Assembly (NCBI GenBank): GCA_051892935.1
Contig: JBJFGS010000024.1
Coordinates: 64,001-128,000, forward strand
Direction of reading: 5' to 3'
DNA from: Candidatus Coprovivens sp.
GTDB lineage: Bacteria; Bacillota_I; Bacilli_A; RF39; UBA660
Length of the DNA: 64,000 nt
Shown one piece after another: positions 40,861 through 51,216 of this stretch. Each line of letters opens with the position of its first letter. The stretch's first letter is position 1. The translations under genes and the position numbers were made by a program. The notes beneath the pieces were generated by a model, which was given only the letters and a program-made list of their open reading frames with translations, was not told where the DNA came from and did not search any database.

Positions 40861-42040
40861 CTGGTATATTGTCAATAGCTGGAAGGCCCTCGTTAATAAT
40901 ATATTCTAATGTTGCTCCTCCACCCGTTGAAAGAAAAGAGAATTTTTCAGCTAAATTAAAATGCTTAGTGGCGCTAACGCCATCTCCTCCACCAACTACT
41001 TTTATAGCTTTGCTATTCGCAATGTTTTCTAATAATTCTCTTGTTCCTGTTGCGAAACGAATGTCTTCATATTTCCCTGCTGTACCATTTACAAATATTG
41101 TTTTAGAAGAGTTTATGATTTCTTTATATTTATTTATTGTTTTTATACCAATATCAAATATTACATCATCATCATTTACTTTATCGATGTTAACATGTTC
41201 AATAAAAGCATCATTATATACTCTACTTATAATAGCATCAACTGGTAACATAATTTTGTCTTTGTATTGGATTAGAATTTCTTTTATTCTAGATAATACT
41301 TCTGGATCCTTAGTTCTTAGTGAGTTACCAACATTGAAACCTAATGTTGCTAAGCATGAGTTGGCTATTCCGCCTGTTAATAATAAATGGTCACATCGAG
41401 GTAGAAGTTTTTCGATTAATTCAACTTTGTCTTCTACTTTTGCTCCGCCCATTACTATCGTAAATGGTTTTTCAGCGTTTAATACATATTGATCTAACAT
41501 ACTTACTTCATGTTGAACTAAGTATCCTATACAACTTGGCAAGTATTTTGCGACACCATATGTTGATGCGTGTTTACGATGTGAAGAACCAAACGCATCT
41601 AAGCAGAATATATCAGCTAGACCAGCCCAATACATTGCTAGTTGGGTATCATTACCACTTTCCAGCTTATTTGGTACGTCTTCAAAGCGAGTATTTTCTA
41701 GTACAATTATTTCTCCAGGATTCATATTAGCTATTTTAGCTTCTAGGTATAGGCTTCTTGGTTGTCTTGAGAATATTACTTTAGTGTTTACTAATTTTTG
41801 TAAATGAGCTGCTATTGGTGCTAAAGAGTTATTTGCTTTGTCTTCTTCGGTTTTTACTTTTCCAAAATGAGACATTATTATTATTTTAGCCCCCTCTTTT
41901 ACTAAGTAATCTATAGTGTTTAAAGATGCTACTATTTTACTGTCATCTAGTATTTGACCATCTTTTACTGGTACATTGAAATCACATCTTAAAAGCACTC
42001 TTTTATTTCGTACATCCATATCTTGAATTCTTTTTTTCAT
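40850..42040 (-). CDS. pgk: Phosphoglycerate kinase
   Basis: RCDFNVP, LENTRF, DAFGSSHR, GGAKVEDK, STGGGA. Confidence 0.97.
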   Translation of the reverse strand: MKKRIQDMDVRNKRVLLRCDFNVPVKDGQILDDSKIVASLNTIDYLVKEGAKIIIMSHFGKVKTEEDKANNSLAPIAAHLQKLVNTKVIFSRQPRSLYLEAKIANMNPGEIIVLENTRFEDVPNKLESGNDTQLAMYWAGLADIFCLDAFGSSHRKHASTYGVAKYLPSCIGYLVQHEVSMLDQYVLNAEKPFTIVMGGAKVEDKVELIEKLLPRCDHLLLTGGIANSCLATLGFNVGNSLRTKDPEVLSRIKEILIQYKDKIMLPVDAIISRVYNDAFIEHVNIDKVNDDDVIFDIGIKTINKYKEIINSSKTIFVNGTAGKYEDIRFATGTRELLENIANSKAIKVVGGGDGVSATKHFNLAEKFSFLSTGGGATLEYIINEGLPAIDNIPDEN

Positions 42041-42109
42041 ATCATCACCATTATTATTATAAAATATCTTGCTTTCTTGTTCAATTTTTTTTATAAATTT
42101 TTTTATAAT

Positions 42110-42135
42110 AAAAGGATGTCTTTTGACATCCTTTT
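42110..42135. terminator. Terminator hairpin between gap and pgk
   Basis: AAAAGGATGTC-tttt-GACATCCTTTT. Confidence 0.8.
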
Positions 42136-42136
42136 A

Positions 42137-43150
42137 TTATTTTTCTATATTCATTAATTTTTTTGCTGTACGCATCATTTGAGCAGTGTATCCCATTTCG
42201 TTGTCATACCAAGCAATTATTTTTACTAGTTGTCTACCATCTGATTCAAGAACACTTGTAGATAGACCGTCAACTAATGCCCCTACTTTTTTACCTAGGA
42301 CGTCGCTTGATACTATTGGATCCATAGTTATTTTTAATGATTCGTTTTGATTGTTAGTAAACAATGTGTTGATTTCTTCAACTGAGGTATTTCTAGTTAA
42401 TTCTAAAGTGACATCTACTACTGAACCATCTGGAACTGGTACACGGAAAGCATTTCCATCCATTTTTCCTAATAAACTTGGGATTACTTTACCAATAGCA
42501 CTTGCTGCACCTGTAGATGCTGGTACTATATTCATTGCACATGCACGCCCACGACGAGCTTTTATTCCTTTTTTATGTGGAACATCTAGTGTTGCTTGGT
42601 CGTTTGTATAGGCATGAACAGTTGTCATATATCCTTTTACAATTCCTATATTATCCTCTATAACTTTTAACACTGGTGCTAAACAGTTAGTAGTACATGA
42701 TGCTGCTGAAATAACTGTTTCTGTTCCATCTAAAGTATCTGAGTTTACATTGTATACTATTGTTTTCATTTCTCCTTTTCCAGGGGCTGATATTATTACT
42801 TTTTTAGCTCCGGCTTCGATATGTTTAGAAGCTCCTTCTAAATCTGTAAATGCTCCTGTGCACTCTAAGACAACATCTATACCTAATTCTCCCCATGGTA
42901 ATAGAGCTGGATCTTTTTCAGAGTATACTTTTATTCTTTTTGTACCCTTTATTATTATTTCATCGCCTTCGAAATTTATAATATCCTCATGAAATGAGCG
43001 ATGATTAGTATCGTATTTTAGTAAATATGCTAATGTTTCTGCATCTGTTAAATCGTTGATTGCAACGATATCAAAATCGCTTCCTGTAATCATTTCTCTG
43101 AATGCTAGTCTTCCAATTCGACCAAAACCGTTAATTGCTACTTTTATCAT
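42137..43150 (-). CDS. gap: Type I glyceraldehyde-3-phosphate dehydrogenase
   Basis: INGFGRIGR, ASCTTNCL, WYDNEMGY. Confidence 0.99.
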   Translation of the reverse strand: MIKVAINGFGRIGRLAFREMITGSDFDIVAINDLTDAETLAYLLKYDTNHRSFHEDIINFEGDEIIIKGTKRIKVYSEKDPALLPWGELGIDVVLECTGAFTDLEGASKHIEAGAKKVIISAPGKGEMKTIVYNVNSDTLDGTETVISAASCTTNCLAPVLKVIEDNIGIVKGYMTTVHAYTNDQATLDVPHKKGIKARRGRACAMNIVPASTGAASAIGKVIPSLLGKMDGNAFRVPVPDGSVVDVTLELTRNTSVEEINTLFTNNQNESLKITMDPIVSSDVLGKKVGALVDGLSTSVLESDGRQLVKIIAWYDNEMGYTAQMMRTAKKLMNIEK

Positions 43151-43167
43151 TTTTTATTCCTCTTTTT

Positions 43168-44838
43168 CTAATTATAATTTTCAAATATACTTTTACCTAT
43201 AAATTCACGTAATACAGATTCTTCTGGAACATAATCAGAAGGTATAGGGTAGAATCCACGAAGATTATTAATCAATCTTCTTGCTTGATTATATGCTGGG
43301 TGATCTGCTTTTACTGAATATAATAGTGGTTCAACAAATACTTTTAGTACACCAACTTCATATACTAAAGAGGTGTTAACTATTTTATCTATATTATTAA
43401 TATAAGGATAGATATGTTTTTCTTCTCCACTACGAACTGTTTGCCAATATGTAATGGTATTTCCAACATCTGTTGCACGAGTTCTATTATCTCTTACTAT
43501 TCGGCGAAGTAATCTTAAATCAGTTGTTGAAACATAGTTGTGTCTATCTATATTCAATGGAATGAATGGACTTAGATATACTTTATATTTTAATTCAGGA
43601 TTTAAGTCTGGAGTCATTGCATCATTTATACAATGTAATCCTTCCATTAGAATAATAGCATTTTCTCCTAATTTTATAGGTTCGTTGTTATATTCTTTTT
43701 CTCCTGTTATAAAGTTATATTCCGGTAAGCTAACCTTTTTACCAGATATTAATTCTTTTAAATGTTTATTAAGCAATTTTAAATCTAATGCCTCTAGGCA
43801 TTCGAAATCATAATTTCCATCTGCATCTTTTGGAGAGTCAACTTTGTTTTTAAAATAATTATCTACAGAGATAACAAGTACTTCATATCCTCTACTTCTT
43901 AATTGAAGAGCAATCTTTTTAGTAGTTGTAGTTTTACCAGATGATGATGGACCTGCTATTAGAACATATTTTGATTTTTTCTTGATTATGTCATTAGCTA
44001 ACTCATGTAATTGATTTTCATAATTCATTTCAATTATTTTTATTAGATTTTCTATTTTACAATCAGATATTACTTTATTTAAATCTGATAGATAAGGAAT
44101 TTCTAAAGATTTAAGCCATTTTTTTCCTTCATCAAAACATTTGATTACATTTTGATAATGAATATATTCTGGTACTTTGAACTTAGAATTAGGTGATGGG
44201 AATAATAGTACTAGTTTATTATCTCCTAAGAATACTAAGTCATATTGTTTTAAGCATCCAGTTGAATAAGGCATGTCTGAATAAAAATAATTAATATAGT
44301 TACGTAGTTTATGAACTGTTACAATTTTATTTGTAAGGTTGTGGATATTTTCTGCTTTTTCCACAGCTTTAACTTTTTTGTAATAGTTTACTGCTTCTGA
44401 TTTTTCAACATTTAAATCATATATTCTTTCATCGCCAGCAATTATTTCGTTCATCTTTGTTTTTAATTTTTTTGCATCATTAAGAGTAAATTTTTTATCA
44501 CATGCGATAGTCATTAAAATACCATTAGCTATAGAATGTTCATATATTACTTCATATCCTTCGCCAAAAGTTTCTTTTAGTGCTACTTCAGTAACAAATT
44601 CTAAGCCATATTTGTTTATTTTGTAACCATCTGTACTCGTGATATCAATAAACTCTATTTTTGTTGCTTTATTAACTTTGGTATCCATTGGTACTACTTC
44701 ACTATCGATAATTGCTCCCACTATGCTATATTTCATATTAGGTTGATAGATTTGACTAAGTTCGTAGATTGTTGTACCTTTTTCAATTTCAATTGTTGTT
44801 CCATCGTTAAAAGTTACATTTGTTCTATTTGTTGCCAT
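43168..44838 (-). CDS. Uridine/nucleoside kinase with ThrRS-like (TGS/SAD) N-terminal domains
   Basis: AGPSSSGKTT, SVDNYF, EGLH, RLLRRIVRDNRTR; N-terminal TGS-like region. Confidence 0.9.
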   Translation of the reverse strand: MATNRTNVTFNDGTTIEIEKGTTIYELSQIYQPNMKYSIVGAIIDSEVVPMDTKVNKATKIEFIDITSTDGYKINKYGLEFVTEVALKETFGEGYEVIYEHSIANGILMTIACDKKFTLNDAKKLKTKMNEIIAGDERIYDLNVEKSEAVNYYKKVKAVEKAENIHNLTNKIVTVHKLRNYINYFYSDMPYSTGCLKQYDLVFLGDNKLVLLFPSPNSKFKVPEYIHYQNVIKCFDEGKKWLKSLEIPYLSDLNKVISDCKIENLIKIIEMNYENQLHELANDIIKKKSKYVLIAGPSSSGKTTTTKKIALQLRSRGYEVLVISVDNYFKNKVDSPKDADGNYDFECLEALDLKLLNKHLKELISGKKVSLPEYNFITGEKEYNNEPIKLGENAIILMEGLHCINDAMTPDLNPELKYKVYLSPFIPLNIDRHNYVSTTDLRLLRRIVRDNRTRATDVGNTITYWQTVRSGEEKHIYPYINNIDKIVNTSLVYEVGVLKVFVEPLLYSVKADHPAYNQARRLINNLRGFYPIPSDYVPEESVLREFIGKSIFENYN

Positions 44839-44973
44839 AATATCCCTCTCTTATTCTAATGTAATTATACTATATAAAATAATAAAATTGCATAAATTTT
44901 GATTTTATGAACTATTTTTGATATGTTTTATACATCTTTTAGATATGTTATAATTTATTTATGAGGTGGCTTT

Positions 44974-46356
44974 ATGAGAAAGTTATTAAAACCTTTTATT
45001 TTGATTTTATTTTTTTTATTATTAGTTACTATTATAGGATTAATTATATATGCTAATTATAACGTTGCTCCTTATATAACTAATATTGAAATTAATGATA
45101 GTAAACGATTTGAAGATCAAGTTATTTTTAATATTGAGGTGGGAAATTATTTTTATAAATTGAATAAGGATACTTGGTGTTTAGTAACATTAGATGAAGA
45201 TACTCCAGATGTTAATGATAATAATTGGAAAAAATCTTCACAAGGTTATTGTAGTTTTACGGTTAAAAGCGGTGATTATCACATATATGTTAAAGATAGT
45301 TATGGTAATGTAACAGATGTTAGAAAACAAAGTGTTAAAATAGATAAGTTACTTGATATAAAAATGAATAAAGAGATTATTTATTTATATAAAGGAGGAA
45401 ATGAAACTCTTTCTTATGAACTGGTTACTATTGGTTCTTATGAAGAAGATATTGTTTGGAAATCAGATAATGAAAATGTTGCAACTGTTGATAATAATGG
45501 TAAGGTAGTTGGTATAAACTATGGTACAACTTATATCAATGTTATTAGTGATAGGGGAATTATTGGGAAAACAAAGGTTGTTGTTAGTAGTTTTATTACA
45601 AAACCAGTTATAAATAAGAATAAGAGCTATATAAGTTGTAAACAATTTTCTAAAGAAGAAGCTGATATGATTGATCAAATTTTATTTGATAGAGTTGATA
45701 GTGCTGGATATGGTACGAGGGCTGGTGTTGTAGAAGCGGCAAGATTCTTGACTTTAGAATTTGCTTATAGAATTCATTATTTTTATGAAAATGGTCGTCT
45801 TAATAATTATTCTCCTTTTAAACATGTTGATGGTGAAGGAAGATACTATCATAGAGGGTTATATTTAAATGAATCTAAATTTAGTGAAATTAGTGCTTCT
45901 TTTGTAGGACCAGTTATTTGGGGATGTGATTTACAAAATTATACTAACTGGGGACCATATAAAATTGGTAATTATTATCCAAATGGTTTAGATTGTTCTG
46001 GTTTTGTAACATGGGCTTTATTAAATGGAGGATTTGATGTTGGAGATATAGGTGCTGGAGCAAATGCGGACCATGATGATTTAGATGATCTTGGTACTAA
46101 AGTAACTATTACAAATGAATTAATGAGTTCTGGTAAGGTCAAAGTTGGGGATTTGATTGGTCTTAATGGACATATGGCTATTTTGGCAGGATGGGATGAT
46201 GATAATTATTATATAGCAGAGTCTTTAAATACTACTGGTGGTGTTGTTATGACTACTGTTCCTAGAAATAAATTAGTAGGTAATAGTATTTATAAATATA
46301 TAATACTTATGGATAGTGTTTATAAGGAAGATGGAAATTATAGTGATATGTGGTAA
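44974..46356 (+). CDS. Membrane-anchored Ig-like (Big_2) + NlpC/P60-superfamily cysteine hydrolase
   Basis: N-terminal TM; WKSDNENVATVDNNGKV; GLDCSGFVTWAL...GDLI...GHMAI...IAES (Cys-His-Glu). Confidence 0.8.
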   Translation: MRKLLKPFILILFFLLLVTIIGLIIYANYNVAPYITNIEINDSKRFEDQVIFNIEVGNYFYKLNKDTWCLVTLDEDTPDVNDNNWKKSSQGYCSFTVKSGDYHIYVKDSYGNVTDVRKQSVKIDKLLDIKMNKEIIYLYKGGNETLSYELVTIGSYEEDIVWKSDNENVATVDNNGKVVGINYGTTYINVISDRGIIGKTKVVVSSFITKPVINKNKSYISCKQFSKEEADMIDQILFDRVDSAGYGTRAGVVEAARFLTLEFAYRIHYFYENGRLNNYSPFKHVDGEGRYYHRGLYLNESKFSEISASFVGPVIWGCDLQNYTNWGPYKIGNYYPNGLDCSGFVTWALLNGGFDVGDIGAGANADHDDLDDLGTKVTITNELMSSGKVKVGDLIGLNGHMAILAGWDDDNYYIAESLNTTGGVVMTTVPRNKLVGNSIYKYIILMDSVYKEDGNYSDMW

Positions 46357-46388
46357 AAAAACTATAAGTGATTGAGACTTATAGTTTT
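46357..46388. terminator. Bidirectional terminator
   Basis: AAAAACTATAAGT-gattgag-ACTTATAGTTTTT. Confidence 0.8.
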
Positions 46389-47329
46389 TATTTGTTATTC
46401 TTTTCTTTATGTTTTTCTACTAGTTTTTTTACTTTTATAAAATAATGATTAATACCTGATTTACCTATTTGACGACCTGTTTCTTGACTTATGATATCTG
46501 CTAACTCTTGTAGTGAAGTTTCAGGATAAGCTTCACGATATTTGATTGCTTCTTGAACATTTTCATCAAGTAAACCTATTAAATCATTATCTTTTATGTA
46601 TTTAATGTCTTCTAATTGTTTTAGACCTGTTTTTAAAATTTTTTCTTGGTTAGCAATTTCACAATTATTTAATCTATTAACCATATTTTTATGATCACGA
46701 TATATTCTAATATCTTCAAAATAGAAAAAACAATTGGTTGCTCCTAATAATCTTATTAAATCACTTATCATTTCAGCACTTTTAATATAAGTCATATAAT
46801 GATTATTTCTTTTTAAGACTTTAGATATAATATTAAATTCTTTTAAAATATTAGATAAATAAAGACCTTCTTTTTTCATTGTTGAAGTGAATTCTAGATG
46901 ATATCCAGCGGTGCTAGGATCATTTATACTACCACAAGCAAGGAATGTTCCTTTTAGAAAAGCAATTTTTTCTTCTTCACTACTTAAGAAATATTCTTCT
47001 GGTAGTATTCTTTTCCCGTTTTTCATTATATTTAATGTTTCTAAGATTGTTTCTATTTTTTCTGTTATTTCTAATATATATATTTGTTTTACACGAAAAC
47101 GTTTTTGATTACGGATAGTAATTTTTATATTTATACCAAAATTGTTTTTAATGTCTTTATAGATACGTCTTGCTACTGAGGCATTTTCCATTACTAGGGT
47201 TATTTTATTTTTTTTTATTTGACCGGCATAGTTTATAAAGGCAGATAGTTCTACTAGAGATTCAATTTGACCTATTTCATTTTTTGTAATTTCTTCTTTA
47301 AGTCTAGTAGTAAATGTCATATTATTCAC
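46388..47329 (-). CDS. whiA: DNA-binding protein WhiA
   Basis: FLKGTFLACGSINDP...YHLE, VNRLNNCEIAN, KSGINH. Confidence 0.97.
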   Translation of the reverse strand: MNNMTFTTRLKEEITKNEIGQIESLVELSAFINYAGQIKKNKITLVMENASVARRIYKDIKNNFGINIKITIRNQKRFRVKQIYILEITEKIETILETLNIMKNGKRILPEEYFLSSEEEKIAFLKGTFLACGSINDPSTAGYHLEFTSTMKKEGLYLSNILKEFNIISKVLKRNNHYMTYIKSAEMISDLIRLLGATNCFFYFEDIRIYRDHKNMVNRLNNCEIANQEKILKTGLKQLEDIKYIKDNDLIGLLDENVQEAIKYREAYPETSLQELADIISQETGRQIGKSGINHYFIKVKKLVEKHKEKNNK

Positions 47330-48269
47330 CTTCCATTAGATATGAGAATATTAGATAAGCTGTTTTTAGGGAATCATGTCTTACATATCCTTCTTCAACT
47401 TTAAATAGTTTTTCAGCTATAACATGAATACCTTTTTTTTCTAATTTTTCATAATCTATTTCTACTGGATCTTTTCCTTCTGATTTAGCTAGTAAAGTCA
47501 TATTATTGGGAATTGGTGAATTATTGGCAATTACTACGTCAATTGTTTTTCTACCTAAATATTTTTCTAATACCTTAATATGATCACTTACTTTAAAGTT
47601 ATCAGTTTCACCCGGTTGTGTAAGCATGTTGCATATATACATTTTCTTCGCTTTTGAGTTATTTATAGCTTCTTGTATTTCAGGAACGATAATATGAGGC
47701 ATTATACTTGTTAATAAGGATCCCGAACTAAATATTATTAAGTCTGCTTTTTTTATTTCTTCTAGTACTTTATGAGTAACTTTGATTTTTTTACTATATT
47801 TTAAATCTTTTATTTTGCGTTTAGATTCAGTTATTTCGGCTTCACCTATTATTTCGTATCCTTCTTTTGTAACACCTATTAAATCTACATTGTCTTCTGT
47901 TAGAGGTAATAGTTTTCCTTTAACATCTAGTAAATCACATAATATTGGAAGAGAATGAGCAAAATCGCCTTTCATTTCAAGAAGAGCTGTCATTATTAAA
48001 TTTTTAATAGAGTGGTTCCCAATACTACTATCTTTTTGGAAACGATAATTAAATAACTCTTTTACATCCTTTGATTCTGTAGACATAGCCATTAGAACTT
48101 TGGTTATATCACCTACTGCAGGTATGGCAAATTCTTCTCTTAATCTTCCAGTGCTAGCGCCATTGTCTGATACACTTACAACAGCTGTAACATCCATTGG
48201 AAATTGAATTATTCCTTTTAGTAATTGAGATAGTCCACTACCTCCACCAAATATAACTACTTTTCTCAT
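47322..48269 (-). CDS. yvcK: YvcK/GlmR family UDP-GlcNAc-binding protein
   Basis: FGGGSGLS, VSDNGASTGRLR, GSLLTSIMP, NMLTQPGET, RHDS. Confidence 0.95.
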   Translation of the reverse strand: MRKVVIFGGGSGLSQLLKGIIQFPMDVTAVVSVSDNGASTGRLREEFAIPAVGDITKVLMAMSTESKDVKELFNYRFQKDSSIGNHSIKNLIMTALLEMKGDFAHSLPILCDLLDVKGKLLPLTEDNVDLIGVTKEGYEIIGEAEITESKRKIKDLKYSKKIKVTHKVLEEIKKADLIIFSSGSLLTSIMPHIIVPEIQEAINNSKAKKMYICNMLTQPGETDNFKVSDHIKVLEKYLGRKTIDVVIANNSPIPNNMTLLAKSEGKDPVEIDYEKLEKKGIHVIAEKLFKVEEGYVRHDSLKTAYLIFSYLMEGE

Positions 48270-48351
48270 TTCTATCACTCCGTTTATTTAATATAATATC
48301 ACAAATCTTTTATTGTTAAAATAGACAATAAAAAAGAAGCTATATGCTTCT

Positions 48352-49560
48352 TTAACCTCTTGTTGTCCAGGTCCATCCTTTTTGGCTCTTTATTCCTGAT
48401 ATTGATTGAACTGATGTAGCTGTTGTATTAGCTTTAAATTGACTCCAGTTATCTCTACCACTTTTTGAGAACCAATGGCCATAGGAAATAGCATAATGGA
48501 GGTGAGCTCCAAATGTACATTTATCATAGCTACCAGATAGATAGTATGATGTTGAGTATCCTCCTACTGTTCCAATTATTTGACCTTTTTTTATTGTTTG
48601 GCCCGTTGATACTTTTATGGATAATAAATGGGCCATTTCTATAGTATATTTTTTACCATCTACTACACTATGCATATATACGATGTTTCCACCGCAGCTT
48701 GATCTAACTGCGACATAAATAACTGAACCACTTGCTGGAGCATATACTGGTGTTCCTTCAGAATTTCCACCTAAGTCAATTCCACCATGTGTTTTACTAT
48801 ATGCTTGTGTAACTTTTCCTTTTGTTAATGGTCTTGAAAATGATCCTGATCCTTCCAACTTAGCATAGTAACATTCATCTATATCATCATTATCTTTACA
48901 TCCTGCTGCTTCATACATTTTTATTAATCCTTGTTGGACTTTTATTTGGTCGGCATAACTTAAACCGATACTTGCTTGTTTATCAACATATTCATGTAAT
49001 TCATCTAATTGACGCTCGTATTCTGTTATTGATTGTGACAATACGACATTGTCGTTTGCTAATTTTTCTTGAAGTGCTTCATTATCTTTTACTAATTTAT
49101 TCAAATCATCAAGTTCACTTTGTGTGTGATTAGCTATTTGTTCAATTATAGCTTGTCGTTCCATCATTTCTGAAATTGAAGATGATGAGAAGATGAAATC
49201 TGTGTATACTTCATCTTTATTTATTTGTGTATATTGAAGAACTTTTATGACATCTTTTAATTCTTCTGTTTTAATTTTTATTTGTTCTTGGCTATCTGCT
49301 ACTAAAGTTTTCGACTCTTCTACTTTTTGTTCATTTAACAATATTGTATTATTGGCATTTTTTAAAGCTTGAGCTTTTTTTTCAATATTTCGTTCAGCCT
49401 CAGCAGTAAGAGCATCACTTTCGGCTTTTTGACTTTCTAGTTCTGCAACTTTATTCTTATAATACTTTAGAGTTTCAGCTTTTACTTCTGGAATTGTTGG
49501 TACAATTGACACAAATAGAAATAAAACTAAAACTATGATATTAACTACTTTTTTCATCAT
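48352..49560 (-). CDS. Secreted coiled-coil + M23 peptidase, FtsEX-associated wall hydrolase
   Basis: Signal peptide, long coiled coil, intact HGGID and HLH Zn ligands; directly after ftsX. Confidence 0.92.
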   Translation of the reverse strand: MMKKVVNIIVLVLFLFVSIVPTIPEVKAETLKYYKNKVAELESQKAESDALTAEAERNIEKKAQALKNANNTILLNEQKVEESKTLVADSQEQIKIKTEELKDVIKVLQYTQINKDEVYTDFIFSSSSISEMMERQAIIEQIANHTQSELDDLNKLVKDNEALQEKLANDNVVLSQSITEYERQLDELHEYVDKQASIGLSYADQIKVQQGLIKMYEAAGCKDNDDIDECYYAKLEGSGSFSRPLTKGKVTQAYSKTHGGIDLGGNSEGTPVYAPASGSVIYVAVRSSCGGNIVYMHSVVDGKKYTIEMAHLLSIKVSTGQTIKKGQIIGTVGGYSTSYYLSGSYDKCTFGAHLHYAISYGHWFSKSGRDNWSQFKANTTATSVQSISGIKSQKGWTWTTRG

Positions 49561-50471
49561 ATTTTCAAATGCTTTCTAACTGTAGTGTAACTTCCTACAA
49601 TACCTACGACTACACCAATTATTAATAATATACTAGAAACAAACAGAGTAAATGGCAAAGGTTCTAACATTTTTATAAAATTAGTAAATAAATATCCTTC
49701 AAGTTTATCATATGTTATTATATACCCCCAAATAGTTATTACTATAGGAATAATTGAACCTATGATACCTAGGAATAAACCTTCTATAACAAATGGTAAT
49801 TTTATAACAAAATTACTAATACCAACAAGTCTCATTATTTCTATTTCATTTTTTCTGGCAAATATTGTTAGTTTAATGGTGTTACATATTAAGAAAATTG
49901 TTACTGCTATTAATCCTAGAATAATGATAATTGTAACTTTGGTAATTACATCAAATACCGGAACCATTTTTTCTACTACTGATTCGCTGTACTGAACATT
50001 TGTAATGTTTTCAATTTTTTTTATCGATTCTGCTGTTTCTGATAGCTTTTCAACATCTTTTACCGTAATAATAAATTCTGATTCTAAAGGATTTGTTTCT
50101 TCTGTCCACGAATTCATTATTGAATAAAGTGAAGAATTTTCATCTGTATTTTTCATTGTTTCTTTTTTTATTGTTTCTTTATCTTTATATTGTAATTCAT
50201 CACTTTTTATATTTTTTATTTCTAATAATCTGCTTTTTATTGAACTTACTTCATCTTCTGTTGCTTCTTTATCAACATAAGCTATTATTGTTAAAGTACC
50301 TTCAAGATTTTTAGTAAAGTTGTTTATATTAGCTGATACTAGTATAGCTATAGCAACTATTATTAAAGTTATTGTTGTACAAGTTATTGAAGCTACACTT
50401 AAACTAAAGTTACGGAAGATACTTTTGATAGCACTTATAATGTTTCTTCTAAAAATCCTAATCCCTTTCAT
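49557..50471 (-). CDS. ftsX: Cell division permease FtsX
   Basis: NTIKLTIFARKNEIEIMRLVG...PFVIEG. Confidence 0.96.
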   Translation of the reverse strand: MKGIRIFRRNIISAIKSIFRNFSLSVASITCTTITLIIVAIAILVSANINNFTKNLEGTLTIIAYVDKEATEDEVSSIKSRLLEIKNIKSDELQYKDKETIKKETMKNTDENSSLYSIMNSWTEETNPLESEFIITVKDVEKLSETAESIKKIENITNVQYSESVVEKMVPVFDVITKVTIIIILGLIAVTIFLICNTIKLTIFARKNEIEIMRLVGISNFVIKLPFVIEGLFLGIIGSIIPIVITIWGYIITYDKLEGYLFTNFIKMLEPLPFTLFVSSILLIIGVVVGIVGSYTTVRKHLKI

Positions 50472-51159
50472 CAGCTGTATAACTTCCTTTCTTTGTGTCA
50501 CTTGTTAATACTCCATTTTCAAGAGTAATAACCCTTTTCTTCATGGAATTAACAATTTCTTTATCATGAGTAACCATTATAACGGTTGTTCCCATATCTT
50601 TATTAATATTATTAATTACTTTTATAATTTCTTTGGAAGTTTTAGGGTCTAAGTTTCCAGTCGGCTCATCACAGATTAATAATTTTGGTTCATTGACAAT
50701 TGCTCTTGCAATACATACTCGTTGTTGTTCTCCTCCAGATAATTCATTTGGAAAGCTTCTTGTTTTTTCTTTTAATCCAACACGATCAAGAGCTTTTATT
50801 ACTCTAGTTTTTATTTCATTTCCTTTCATACCGATATTATCTAAACCAAAAGCAACATTTTCATATACAGTTAATTTTGGTAATAGTTTGAAGTCTTGAA
50901 ATACTATTCCTAGTTTTCTACGTAATTTATATACTTTACTATTGTATAATTTAGCTACATTTATTCCACCAACCATTACTTGTCCTTTAGTTGGTTTTTC
51001 TTCTCTATATAATAATTTAATAAGTGTTGATTTACCACACCCTGAGGCTCCTGTTACGAAGACAAATTCTCCTTTATCAATAGATAATGTTAGATTTGCA
51101 ATGGCAGTTACGCCATTTTTGTAAACTTTATAGCAATTTTTTATATCTATAAATTTCAT
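50458..51159 (-). CDS. ftsE: Cell division ATP-binding protein FtsE
   Basis: GASGCGKST, VFQDFKLL, LSGGEQQR, DEPTGNLD. Confidence 0.97.
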   Translation of the reverse strand: MKFIDIKNCYKVYKNGVTAIANLTLSIDKGEFVFVTGASGCGKSTLIKLLYREEKPTKGQVMVGGINVAKLYNSKVYKLRRKLGIVFQDFKLLPKLTVYENVAFGLDNIGMKGNEIKTRVIKALDRVGLKEKTRSFPNELSGGEQQRVCIARAIVNEPKLLICDEPTGNLDPKTSKEIIKVINNINKDMGTTVIMVTHDKEIVNSMKKRVITLENGVLTSDTKKGSYTADERD

Positions 51160-51216
51160 TCTACACCACCTTACTACATAATTATAGCAAAAAATCAAGT
51201 ATTAAAAAACCCCCCA

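Noticed and set aside
40099-42040. PGK and TPI as pseudo-enzymes like gpmI
   Set aside because: Divergent, but catalytic residues (TPI K/H/E; PGK basic patch with conservative R->K changes and GGG motifs) are retained
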